64,000 nt of DNA, from assembly GCA_963662625.1 (NCBI GenBank), contig OY759726.1, positions 1,216,001 through 1,280,000 on the forward strand, in the 5' to 3' direction. Of the stretch, positions 1-8,777 are shown in pieces. Origin of the DNA: Nitrosopumilus sp. Its GTDB lineage: Archaea; Thermoproteota; Nitrososphaeria; Nitrososphaerales; Nitrosopumilaceae. The number at the start of each line of letters is the position of its first letter. Position 1 is the stretch's first letter. Position numbers and translations under genes: made by a program. A model generated the notes under the pieces. It was not told where the DNA came from. It made no database searches and saw nothing but the letters and a program-made list of their open reading frames with translations.

Positions 1-1203
1 GTGGTGGCGGTGTTGCCGTTTGACGGCTACAACATCGAGGACGCGATAGTCCTCAGCAAGGCCTCGGTGGACCGCGGCCTGGCAAGGACGTTCTTCTTCA
101 GGATATACGACGCGGAGGCAAAGCAGTACCCCGGGGGCATGCGGGACAACTTTGAGATCCCCAACGCCGAGGACAACATCCGGGGGTTCAAGGGCGAGAA
201 GGCGTACCGCCTGCTCGAGGAGGACGGCGTGGTCGCCGCGGAGTTCCCGGTCAGCGGGGGCGACATACTGATCGGGAAGACCAGCCCTCCCAGGTTCATG
301 GAGGAGTACAGGGAGTTCGAGTCGACTGGTCCCTACAGGCGGGACACCTCGATAGGGATAAGGCCCTCCGAGACGGGCGTGGTCGACACCGTGGTCATGA
401 CCCAGTCAAACGAGGGCGGCAAGATGTACAAGATAAGGGTGCGCGACATGAGGATCCCGGAGATCGGCGACAAGTTCGCCTCGCGCCACGGGCAGAAGGG
501 CGTCCTCGGGATCCTGGCCAAGGCAGAGGACCTGCCGTACACGGCCGACGGGGTGTCGCCCGACGTCCTGATCAACCCGCACGCGTTCCCCTCCAGGATG
601 ACGGTGGGGATGATGATGGAGTCGATCTGCGGCAAGGCCGCCTCGCTCCGGGGAAGCCAGTTCGACGGCTCGGCGTTCGTCGGGGAGAAGATGGACGAGG
701 TGAGGGCCGTGCTGGGCGCGGCGGGATTCGAGTACTCCGGCAAGGAAAAGATGTACGACGGGAGGACGGGCAAGTCGTTCCCGGTCGACGTGTTCATCGG
801 GGTCGTGTATTACCAGAAGCTCCACCACATGGTGGCAGACAAGATCCACGCGAGGGCCCGCGGCCAGGTCCAGATGCTCACGAAGCAGCCCACAGAGGGC
901 AGGGCGAGGGGCGGCGGCCTGAGGTTCGGCGAGATGGAAAGGGACTGCCTCATCGCGTACGGGGCGTCCATGATACTGAAGGACAGGCTGCTTGACGAGT
1001 CCGACAAGTCAGACATCTACGTCTGCGAGAGGTGCGGCCTCGTGGCGTACCATGACGTCAAGCAGAGGAAGTACGTCTGCCGGGTCTGCGGCGACAAGGC
1101 CAAGGTGTCGTCGGTCTCGGTGGCGTACGCCTTCAAGCTGCTGCTGCAGGAGATGCAGAGCCTCAACGTCGCGCCGAGGCTGCTGATCAAGGAGAGGGTG
1201 TGA
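1..1203 (+). CDS. rpoB: DNA-directed RNA polymerase subunit B (C-terminal part; begins before the window)
   Basis: Motifs GDKFASRHGQKG, GGLRFGEMERD and C-terminal zinc ribbon CERCG...CRVCG. Confidence 0.98.
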   Translation: MVAVLPFDGYNIEDAIVLSKASVDRGLARTFFFRIYDAEAKQYPGGMRDNFEIPNAEDNIRGFKGEKAYRLLEEDGVVAAEFPVSGGDILIGKTSPPRFMEEYREFESTGPYRRDTSIGIRPSETGVVDTVVMTQSNEGGKMYKIRVRDMRIPEIGDKFASRHGQKGVLGILAKAEDLPYTADGVSPDVLINPHAFPSRMTVGMMMESICGKAASLRGSQFDGSAFVGEKMDEVRAVLGAAGFEYSGKEKMYDGRTGKSFPVDVFIGVVYYQKLHHMVADKIHARARGQVQMLTKQPTEGRARGGGLRFGEMERDCLIAYGASMILKDRLLDESDKSDIYVCERCGLVAYHDVKQRKYVCRVCGDKAKVSSVSVAYAFKLLLQEMQSLNVAPRLLIKERV

Positions 1204-4200
1204 TGTCGATCCAGGCGATAAAGTCGATCGACGGGATCAGGTTCTCGATATGGTCGCCGACCGAGGTGAGAAAGTATTCCGTGGCCGAGATCACGGCCCC
1301 CGAGACGTACGACGAGGACGGGATGCCAGTCCAGGGGGGGCTCATGGACGGGAGGCTGGGCACGCTGGAGCCGGGGCAGAAGTGCCTTACGTGCGGGAAC
1401 ACCGCCGCCAGGTGCCCTGGGCACTTTGGGCACATAGAGCTCGCCGAGCCGGTCCTGCACATCGCGTTCATCGACAACATCTACAAGCTGCTCCAGTCCA
1501 CGTGCAGGTCGTGCGCCAGGCTCAAGGTCCCGCAGGAGGATCTCGACGAGTTCAAGAGGATCAAGGCAAAGCACGCGGCGTACACCATAATCTCGCAGAA
1601 GAGGATCCCGGAGCAGATCATCGAGAAGGCCAAGAAGGCAAAGACGTGCCCGCACTGCGGCAAGGTGCAGTACGAGCTGATCTTCACGAAGCCGACCATC
1701 TTCGTGGAGAAGACCGAGATCGGCGAGCACAGGCTGCTGCCCATAACGATCAGGGAGAGGTTCTCGCAGATCCTCGACGAGGACCTCCTGCTCCTGGCAT
1801 ACGACCCGGTGACTGCCAGGCCGGAGTGGTTCGTGCTGCAGGCGCTGCCCGTCGCGCCGGTGACCGTCAGGCCGTCGATCATCCTGGAGACCGGCATCCG
1901 CTCCGAGGACGACCTGACGCACAAGATGGTGGACATAATCAGGGTAAACCAGAGGCTGAAGGAGAGCAAGGAGGCGGGCACCCCCCCGCTGATAGTCCAG
2001 GACCTGGTGGATCTCCTGCAGTACCACACCACCACCTATTTTGACAACGAGGTCTCCGGCATCCCCCAGGCGCACCACCGCTCGGGGCGACCGCTGAAGA
2101 CGCTGACGCAGAGGCTCAAGGGCAAGGAGGGGCGCTTCAGGGGCTCGCTGTCCGGCAAGAGGGTCGACTTTTCCAGCAGGACGGTGATCTCGCCGGATCC
2201 CAACCTGGACCTGTCGGAGGTGGGCGTCCCCGAGACGGTCGCCATGAAGCTGACCATCCCGGAGATCGTGACCGAGTGGAACATCGACAGGATGAGGAAG
2301 CTCGTGATCAACGGCCCGGACAAGTTCCCGGGGGTCAACTATATAGTGCGCCCCGACGGCGTCAAGATCCGGCTCGACTTCGTGGAGGACAGGTCCACGA
2401 TCGCCGAGACGCTGGAGATCGGGTACCTCGTGGAGCGCCACCTGGCAAACGGGGACATCGTCATGTTCAACAGGCAGCCGTCGCTCCACCAGATGTCGAT
2501 CATGGCCCACTACGTCAGGGTGCTGCCGGGAAAGACCTTCAGGCTGCACCCGTCAGTGTGCCCCCCGTACAACGCCGACTTTGACGGCGACGAGATGAAC
2601 CTCCACGTGCCGCAGAGCGAGGAGGCGAGGGCCGAGGCGATACTGCTGATGAGGGTCCAGGACCAGCTGATCTCCCCGAGGTACGGCGGCCCGATCATCG
2701 GCGCGCTGAGGGACTTCGTGACCGGCGCGTACCTGCTGACAAAGGACGGCACGACGCTTTCCGTCCAGGAGTTCTCCAACCTGGCGATGCTGGGCGGCTA
2801 TGCCGGAAAGCTGCCGGAGCCGGCGGCAAAGACCAAGGAGGGCCCCGCCTACACGGGAAAGCAGCTCTTCTCGCTGTTCCTGCCGAAGGACTTCAACTAC
2901 GTCATCACGTCAAAGTGGTCGAAGGGCACGAAGGGCAAGCCGAAGGACGTGGTCATCAAGAACGGCGAGCTGATCAGCGGCGTCATCGACAAGTCGTCCA
3001 TCGGCGCAGAGGAGCCCGAAAGCGTCCTGCACAGGATCGCCAAGGACTACGGGAACGACGTCGGCAAGAGGTTCCTCAACTCGATCCTGATCATGGTAAA
3101 GCAGTTCATCACCCACTACGGGTTCAGCTACGGCTACGGAGACCTGGAGGTCCCCGAGAAGGACAAGCGGCGTATCCTGGACGACATCTCTGCCACCTAC
3201 GACGTGATCTCCGATCTCACCTCCCAGTATGAAAAAGGCACACTGAAACTCACGCGCAGGATGAGGCCCGAGGAGGCGCTGGAGGCGTACATCGTAAACG
3301 AGCTCGGCAAGGCAAGGGACAAGGCCGGCTCCACCGCAGACCAGTCGCTCGACCAGGCGAACGCGGGCAGGATAATGGCCACCACCGGGGCCAGGGGGTC
3401 GGCGCTCAACATAGGACAGATGGCAGGCGCGCTGGGGCAGCAGTCCCGGCGGGGGAACAGGCTGCACGACGGGTACAACAACAGGGCGCTGCCGCACTAC
3501 CTGGAGAACGACAAGAACCCCGACGCCCACGGGTTCGTAAAGTCGAACTACAGGGACGGGCTCTCCGCGCTGGAGTTCTTCTTCCACGCCATGGGCGGAA
3601 GGGAGGGGCTCGTGGACACCGCGGTCAGGACGCAGCAGAGCGGGTACATGCAGAGGAGGCTCATCAACGCGCTGGAGCACATCCGGCTGGAGTATGACGG
3701 GACGGTACGCGATCCGCACGGGCACATAATCCAGTTCCTGTACGGCGAGGACGGGATCGACGTGGCAAAGAGCGATCATGGAGAGGCCTTCAACGTGAAC
3801 AGGCTGATCGAGTCCCAGACGATCGTGGATTCCGGAAAGAAGGCCACCAAGGCCGAGATCGAGGACCTGGCCAAAAAATACACGAAGACGTTCAACCCCC
3901 GGCTGGTAGGACTGGTGACGGAGAGCCTGCTGGACTCCAAGCTGAGCAGGGACGGCGTGGAGGCGGTGTGCAAGAAGGGCCTGCTGCTCTACAACAGGGC
4001 CAAGGTGGAGCCCGGCCAGGCGGTGGGGATAATCACCGCGCAGTCCATCGGCGAGCCCGGCACGCAGATGACGCTGAGGACGTTCCACTTTGCGGGGATC
4101 AAGGAGCGGAACGTGACCCTGGGCCTCCCGAGGCTCATCGAGCTGGTCGACGCCAGGAAGAAGCCGGTGACGCCCACCATGGACATCTACCTCGACGAGG

Positions 4201-4994
4201 AGACGAAGAACTCCCGGGAGAAGGCGATCCAGGTGGCCCGCAACGTCCTGCAGACCAAGGTCAGCTCGCTGACCTCGGACGTCGACACCGACTATTCCAC
4301 CGAGATCAGGCTGGTCCTGAGCCCCAACAGGCTCAAGGAAAGGGGGTGCTCGGCGGCCGAGGTGGAGGCGGCGCTCCAGTCCAACAAGAAGTTCAAGATC
4401 GAGGCCACCGGCGAGCTCATCGCGCTGAAACTGGTAGAGGAGTCAGACGCCCCCACGGTGATCGCGCTGCGGAACAAGGTCCTAAACACCACGGTGAAGG
4501 GCGTCCCAGACATCGAGCGCGTCACGCTGGTGCAGGAGGGCGACGAGTGGGTGCTCCAGACGACCGGCTCCAACATCGCCAGGGTGCTCGAGGTGCAGGG
4601 AATCGACAGGAAGAACGTCAGGACGAACAACGTCTTCGAGATCGCCTCCACGCTGGGGATAGAGGCCACGAGAAACGCGCTGATCAACGAGCTGAACAAC
4701 ACGCTGGAGGACCAGGGGCTCGAGGTAGACAACAGGTACATCATGCTGGTGTCCGACCTGATGTGCTCGCGCGGGTACATGCAGCAGATCGGCAGGCACG
4801 GGATCGCCGGGACCAAGGATAGCGTGCTTGCAAGGGCCGCGTTCGAGATAACTGTCCCCACCATCGCGCACGCCGCGCTCGGGGGGGAGGTGGAGATGCT
4901 AAAGGGAATAACGGAGAACGTCATAGTCGGGAGCAACATCCCCATCGGCAGCGGGACGGTGGACCTCTACATGCAGGTCTCCAAAAAGAAGTAG
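1203..4994 (+). CDS. rpoA: DNA-directed RNA polymerase largest subunit (A'/A'' unsplit)
   Basis: NADFDGDEMN catalytic motif, N-terminal Zn sites, QSIGEPGTQMTLRTFH; single 1263-aa ORF; ATG overlaps the rpoB stop (TGATG). Confidence 0.98.
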   Translation: MSIQAIKSIDGIRFSIWSPTEVRKYSVAEITAPETYDEDGMPVQGGLMDGRLGTLEPGQKCLTCGNTAARCPGHFGHIELAEPVLHIAFIDNIYKLLQSTCRSCARLKVPQEDLDEFKRIKAKHAAYTIISQKRIPEQIIEKAKKAKTCPHCGKVQYELIFTKPTIFVEKTEIGEHRLLPITIRERFSQILDEDLLLLAYDPVTARPEWFVLQALPVAPVTVRPSIILETGIRSEDDLTHKMVDIIRVNQRLKESKEAGTPPLIVQDLVDLLQYHTTTYFDNEVSGIPQAHHRSGRPLKTLTQRLKGKEGRFRGSLSGKRVDFSSRTVISPDPNLDLSEVGVPETVAMKLTIPEIVTEWNIDRMRKLVINGPDKFPGVNYIVRPDGVKIRLDFVEDRSTIAETLEIGYLVERHLANGDIVMFNRQPSLHQMSIMAHYVRVLPGKTFRLHPSVCPPYNADFDGDEMNLHVPQSEEARAEAILLMRVQDQLISPRYGGPIIGALRDFVTGAYLLTKDGTTLSVQEFSNLAMLGGYAGKLPEPAAKTKEGPAYTGKQLFSLFLPKDFNYVITSKWSKGTKGKPKDVVIKNGELISGVIDKSSIGAEEPESVLHRIAKDYGNDVGKRFLNSILIMVKQFITHYGFSYGYGDLEVPEKDKRRILDDISATYDVISDLTSQYEKGTLKLTRRMRPEEALEAYIVNELGKARDKAGSTADQSLDQANAGRIMATTGARGSALNIGQMAGALGQQSRRGNRLHDGYNNRALPHYLENDKNPDAHGFVKSNYRDGLSALEFFFHAMGGREGLVDTAVRTQQSGYMQRRLINALEHIRLEYDGTVRDPHGHIIQFLYGEDGIDVAKSDHGEAFNVNRLIESQTIVDSGKKATKAEIEDLAKKYTKTFNPRLVGLVTESLLDSKLSRDGVEAVCKKGLLLYNRAKVEPGQAVGIITAQSIGEPGTQMTLRTFHFAGIKERNVTLGLPRLIELVDARKKPVTPTMDIYLDEETKNSREKAIQVARNVLQTKVSSLTSDVDTDYSTEIRLVLSPNRLKERGCSAAEVEAALQSNKKFKIEATGELIALKLVEESDAPTVIALRNKVLNTTVKGVPDIERVTLVQEGDEWVLQTTGSNIARVLEVQGIDRKNVRTNNVFEIASTLGIEATRNALINELNNTLEDQGLEVDNRYIMLVSDLMCSRGYMQQIGRHGIAGTKDSVLARAAFEITVPTIAHAALGGEVEMLKGITENVIVGSNIPIGSGTVDLYMQVSKKK

Positions 4995-5025
4995 GGTGGA
5001 TCCTGGGGCGCTGGTGTGAGGAGAC

Positions 5026-5259
5026 GTGGCCGACGAAATATCCGATCTGATGTCGAAGAACAGGGACAAGGTGATCTCGCTCCGGCTCCGGGACGACAAG
5101 ACGCTAGAGGGCCGGCTGCGTGACTTTGACGTCCACATGAACCTCACGCTGGACGACGCCCGGGACGTCTCCGGCCCGGATCCGGTGGATCTGGGCAACA
5201 TCCTGCTGCGTGGGGTCAATATCATATCCATCTCGTTGCCCGAGGAAACCGGGGAATAG
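5026..5259 (+). CDS. Sm/LSm-like RNA-binding protein
   Basis: Sm1 motif (GRLRDFDVHMNLTLDDA) and Sm2 motif (ILLRGVNI). Confidence 0.9.
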   Translation: MADEISDLMSKNRDKVISLRLRDDKTLEGRLRDFDVHMNLTLDDARDVSGPDPVDLGNILLRGVNIISISLPEETGE

Positions 5260-5311
5260 CCGCGGCCGGCAGGCGCCGCGCCTCCCAAGTCTTAAATCCG
5301 GCAGGGCCCCC

Positions 5312-6541
5312 GTGAAAGCGTTGATCGACGCGCGCGTGCTTGCCGCACTGTCAGCTGCGGCACTGTCAGCTGCCTCGCTGTCGGCGGCCGCGCTGCCGCC
5401 GGCGTTCGGGGAGGGGATCCCGGACTATGGAAAGCCCTACTCCCCCATATTTACCGACAAGCCGGCGTATTCCTGGACCGACAAGATCCGCGTGAAGATC
5501 GTCGCGCCGAGCTGGAACGCGAGCAGCCACATGGTGGACTCGATAGGGGGCACCGACACGCACCCGATAAAGATATCCACGCGGGGGCATTCCCTGGAGC
5601 CGTACCGGTTTGCGGAGACGGGCCCCGACTCCGGGGTGTTTGCCGCCGAGGTGACCCTGACCGGGTTCCTGCACGACGCCGACGGGGACGGAGACTTTGA
5701 CACTGCCCCGCGCACCGCCGGGCGGGGCCCCACGGGCGGGTTTCTGGAGGCAGACCGCGGCTCGGCGGTGACGATATCATTCGAGTTCGCCGACGGCGTG
5801 GTGGTCGCGGAGTCCGTCCCGGTGCGGTGGAACGTGGGCGCGGTCGAGTTTTCAAGCGGCCGGTACCTCCCGGGCGAGCAGGCCCGGATCACGGTGGTTG
5901 ATCCCGACATGAACCTGGATCCCGAGGCGATCGATCGGGTGCGGGTGCGGGTGTCCTCCGACTCCGACGCCGCGGGAACGGACCTGGACGCGACCGAGAC
6001 CGGCGAGGGCTCCGGGACGTTCGTGGGGAGCCTCTCCTTCACGCAGAGCAGCCCCACGAGCGGAGCCGTGCTGCATGCTGTTCCCGGGGACGCCGTGTAT
6101 GCCAGGTATGACGACCACACGCTGCCCGAGCCCAGCCCCAAATCGGACAGCCTCGCCGTGGGTGCCACGGCAAGGCTGGATCCGGCCGCTGCCCCCACGG
6201 ACAGGGTCACGAACTCCGGGATCCACTTTGCGGACGGCTCGGGAACGCGCGCCACGGAATTCTCGCCGGCCGACCATGTCCAGATCGTCGGGACGCTGGC
6301 CAACGGCCAGGGGTTTTCGCAGCCGTCGGTGTACCTGTTCCAGGTGAAGGACGAATCCGGCATCGTCGTGTCGATCTCCTGGATCCAGGTGGATCTTGCG
6401 CCGGGCCAGGACCTGGCAGTCTCCCAGTCGTGGATGCCGAAGGATCCGGGGACCTACCTGGTCGAGACGTTCGTATGGGACTCGCTCTCCAGAATGTCCC
6501 CCCTGGCGCCGCCGGCGTCGGCGTCGCTCCTTGTGGGATAG
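5312..6541 (+). CDS. Secreted thaumarchaeal S-layer-like/cell-surface protein
   Basis: Ala-rich signal peptide; module YSWTDKI...ETGPDSGVF...DPDMNLDPEA shared with the 39.6-43.2 kb protein; start codon uncertain; TTAAAT upstream. Confidence 0.75.
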   Translation: MKALIDARVLAALSAAALSAASLSAAALPPAFGEGIPDYGKPYSPIFTDKPAYSWTDKIRVKIVAPSWNASSHMVDSIGGTDTHPIKISTRGHSLEPYRFAETGPDSGVFAAEVTLTGFLHDADGDGDFDTAPRTAGRGPTGGFLEADRGSAVTISFEFADGVVVAESVPVRWNVGAVEFSSGRYLPGEQARITVVDPDMNLDPEAIDRVRVRVSSDSDAAGTDLDATETGEGSGTFVGSLSFTQSSPTSGAVLHAVPGDAVYARYDDHTLPEPSPKSDSLAVGATARLDPAAAPTDRVTNSGIHFADGSGTRATEFSPADHVQIVGTLANGQGFSQPSVYLFQVKDESGIVVSISWIQVDLAPGQDLAVSQSWMPKDPGTYLVETFVWDSLSRMSPLAPPASASLLVG

Positions 6542-6866
6542 GCCGCAGGGGAGCCGGCTGGCGCCCGGGCCGGGGGAAAGCGCCTCCCCCTGGCGCACGC
6601 GCGCCGCCCCGCCCTCGTGGGCAATCCCTGCCCGTGGCGCATGCGCCCATCAGGGCGCCCCGCCCGCCCAGCCGCGCGTTCACGCGCGTTTGCAGCCGGA
6701 TGGGCAGGCCGCCGCGCTAGTCGGGCGGGCGCCCCGCCCGCCCAGTCGCGCTGGGCCCGCCCCCGCGGTGGCCGGAGCCGCGCATGCAAACCCAGTGCCC
6801 CCCGCGCCGGGCAGGAGCGCGGCTGCGCCACAAAGCTATAAATCCCCACCAAGACGACCGATATGG

Positions 6867-7187
6867 ATGCCAGCAAACAAGGTGTTGGAAAAACTCCTGA
6901 AGGACGCCCTGAAGGAGGACGCGGTAACGGTGGGCGCCAGGCAGGTGCTGAACTCGGTGGGCGATTCCAAGCTGGTCATAGTCTCCCAGTCCGTCGGAAA
7001 GGAGATGCTCGGGCAGATAGAGTCGCACGCAAAGAAGGCGAACACGCCGCTGGTAAACTTCCGGGGGACCTCGGTCGCGCTGGGCAAGCTGTGCGGCCTG
7101 CAATTCAGGATATCGACGCTGTCGTTTACCTCGCTGCCCGACGCGAGCGTCCAGTCGATCCTAAAGGAGGCCGGGGAGGAGAAATGA
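6867..7187 (+). CDS. rpl30e: 50S ribosomal protein L30e (L7Ae/L30e family)
   Basis: GTSVALGKLCG motif; position directly upstream of nusA. Confidence 0.88.
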   Translation: MPANKVLEKLLKDALKEDAVTVGARQVLNSVGDSKLVIVSQSVGKEMLGQIESHAKKANTPLVNFRGTSVALGKLCGLQFRISTLSFTSLPDASVQSILKEAGEEK

Positions 7188-7248
7188 CGGCCGCCCCGAA
7201 TGAAAGTTTAAATGAGACACGTTTTTTTGGTGATAGAAAGGTATTCTG

Positions 7249-7713
7249 ATGACACAATCTATCAAGCTAACAACAGACCAAATGCGCATGATGTCACTTT
7301 TCCAGAGCGTTACCGGCGCGACCGCCCGGGATTTCTTTGAGGATGAAAACCAGGACCGCGTGACGTTCGTGGTCAACTCCGGGAAGATGGGGCTCGCGAT
7401 AGGCAAGGGAGGCATCCACATAAAGTCCCTGCAGAACATCCTGAAGAAAAGCGTCGATCTGGTGGAGTTCGATGACGATCCCGGGAAATTCCTGTCCAAC
7501 CTGCTCAACCCGAAGCTGGTCTCCGAGGTCAAGGTAAGCACGCGCGAGGACGGCTCAAAGCAGGCGATAGTGCTGGTGGATCCGAGGAAGAAGGGCCTCG
7601 TCGTCGGGCGGGACGGCAGGAACGCGGAGAAGGCGCGGCTGCTGGCCAAGCGGTACTTCGGCATTGCCAGCGTATTCATCAACAGCCCCGAAAAGGCGAC
7701 ACTGGAACTGTAG
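7249..7713 (+). CDS. nusA: Archaeal NusA (KH-domain transcription factor)
   Basis: GLAIGKGG and VVGRDGRN KH motifs; operon context. Confidence 0.93.
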   Translation: MTQSIKLTTDQMRMMSLFQSVTGATARDFFEDENQDRVTFVVNSGKMGLAIGKGGIHIKSLQNILKKSVDLVEFDDDPGKFLSNLLNPKLVSEVKVSTREDGSKQAIVLVDPRKKGLVVGRDGRNAEKARLLAKRYFGIASVFINSPEKATLEL

Positions 7714-7716
7714 GAA

Positions 7717-8154
7717 ATGACCAAGTCACCCCTAGGCTTATTTGCTGGCAGAGTGCTCATCTCGAAGAGGAAGAGGCAGAGGTGGGCGATCTCCAGGTAC
7801 AAGCGGAGGGAGCTCGGGATCGACAAGAAGGCCGACCCGCTGGGCGGGGCCCCGCAGGGCCGCGGGATCGTCCTTGAGAAGGTGGGCATCGCCGCAAAGC
7901 AGCCAAACTCCGCGGTCAGGAAGTGCGTGCGCGTCCAGCTGATCAAGAACGGCAAGACGGTCACCGCGTTCCTGCCGCGTGACGGCGCGATGAACTTCAT
8001 CGACGAGCACGACGAGGTCCACATACAGGGGATGGGGGCGACGCAGGGCGGCGCGATGGGGGACCTCCCGGGCGTCCGGTTCAAGGTATTCAAGGTAAAC
8101 GGCACGTCGCTGCACGAGCTGGTCATAGGCAAGAAGGAGAAGCCGAGGAGATAG
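7717..8154 (+). CDS. rps12: 30S ribosomal protein S12
   Basis: [26 protein letters not shown]. Confidence 0.98.
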   Translation: MTKSPLGLFAGRVLISKRKRQRWAISRYKRRELGIDKKADPLGGAPQGRGIVLEKVGIAAKQPNSAVRKCVRVQLIKNGKTVTAFLPRDGAMNFIDEHDEVHIQGMGATQGGAMGDLPGVRFKVFKVNGTSLHELVIGKKEKPRR

Positions 8155-8157
8155 CTG

Positions 8158-8757
8158 ATGGCGCAGACAAAAAACCTCCTGTTGTTCCGCAAGTGGGACA
8201 TGTCCTACATCGAGATCCGCGACCCGGGGCTGAAGACCGCCATATCCCTGAAGAAGCAGATCCTGCCGTACACCTACGGGCGCTCGGCGCTGAAGAGGTT
8301 CAACAAGGCGGACGTCAACATAGTGGAGCGCCTCTGCAACAAGGTGATGCATTTTGGCAAGAAGTACGCAAAGAACACCGGGAGGATGTCGGGCAAAAAG
8401 CCCAGGGTCATGAACACCGTAAGGCTGGCGTTTGACCTCATATCGATAAAGACTGGCAAGAACCCCGTGGAGGTGCTGGTTAGGGCCGTGGAGTTTTCGG
8501 CCCCAAACGAGGACACCACCAGGATCGTCTACGGCGGCACGGTATACCACGTGTCAGTCGACGTCGCCCCCATACGCAGGGTGGACTTGGCGCTCCGGTT
8601 CATCGCCGACGCGATCAAGGAGGCCACGTTCTCCAACCCGAAGCCCATAGAGGAGCACATGGCCGAGCAGCTTATCCTGGCAGCCTCAAACGATCCGGGC
8701 GCCCCGTCCGTGAAGAAGAAGCACGAGCTGGAAAGGATAGCGCAGGCCTCGCGCTAG
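8158..8757 (+). CDS. rps7: 30S ribosomal protein S7
   Basis: SVDVAPIRRVDLALR, KKHELERIAQASR. Confidence 0.97.
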   Translation: MAQTKNLLLFRKWDMSYIEIRDPGLKTAISLKKQILPYTYGRSALKRFNKADVNIVERLCNKVMHFGKKYAKNTGRMSGKKPRVMNTVRLAFDLISIKTGKNPVEVLVRAVEFSAPNEDTTRIVYGGTVYHVSVDVAPIRRVDLALRFIADAIKEATFSNPKPIEEHMAEQLILAASNDPGAPSVKKKHELERIAQASR

Positions 8758-8777
8758 GGCGATCCGGCAGGGGCGGG

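Noticed and set aside
1017-4945. Many long antisense and alternate-frame ORFs (here and throughout the window)
   Set aside because: Shadow ORFs expected from high GC and biased codon usage; they overlap well-identified genes and lack motifs
1203-4994. Unsplit rpoA as a novelty
   Set aside because: Known feature of Thaumarchaeota
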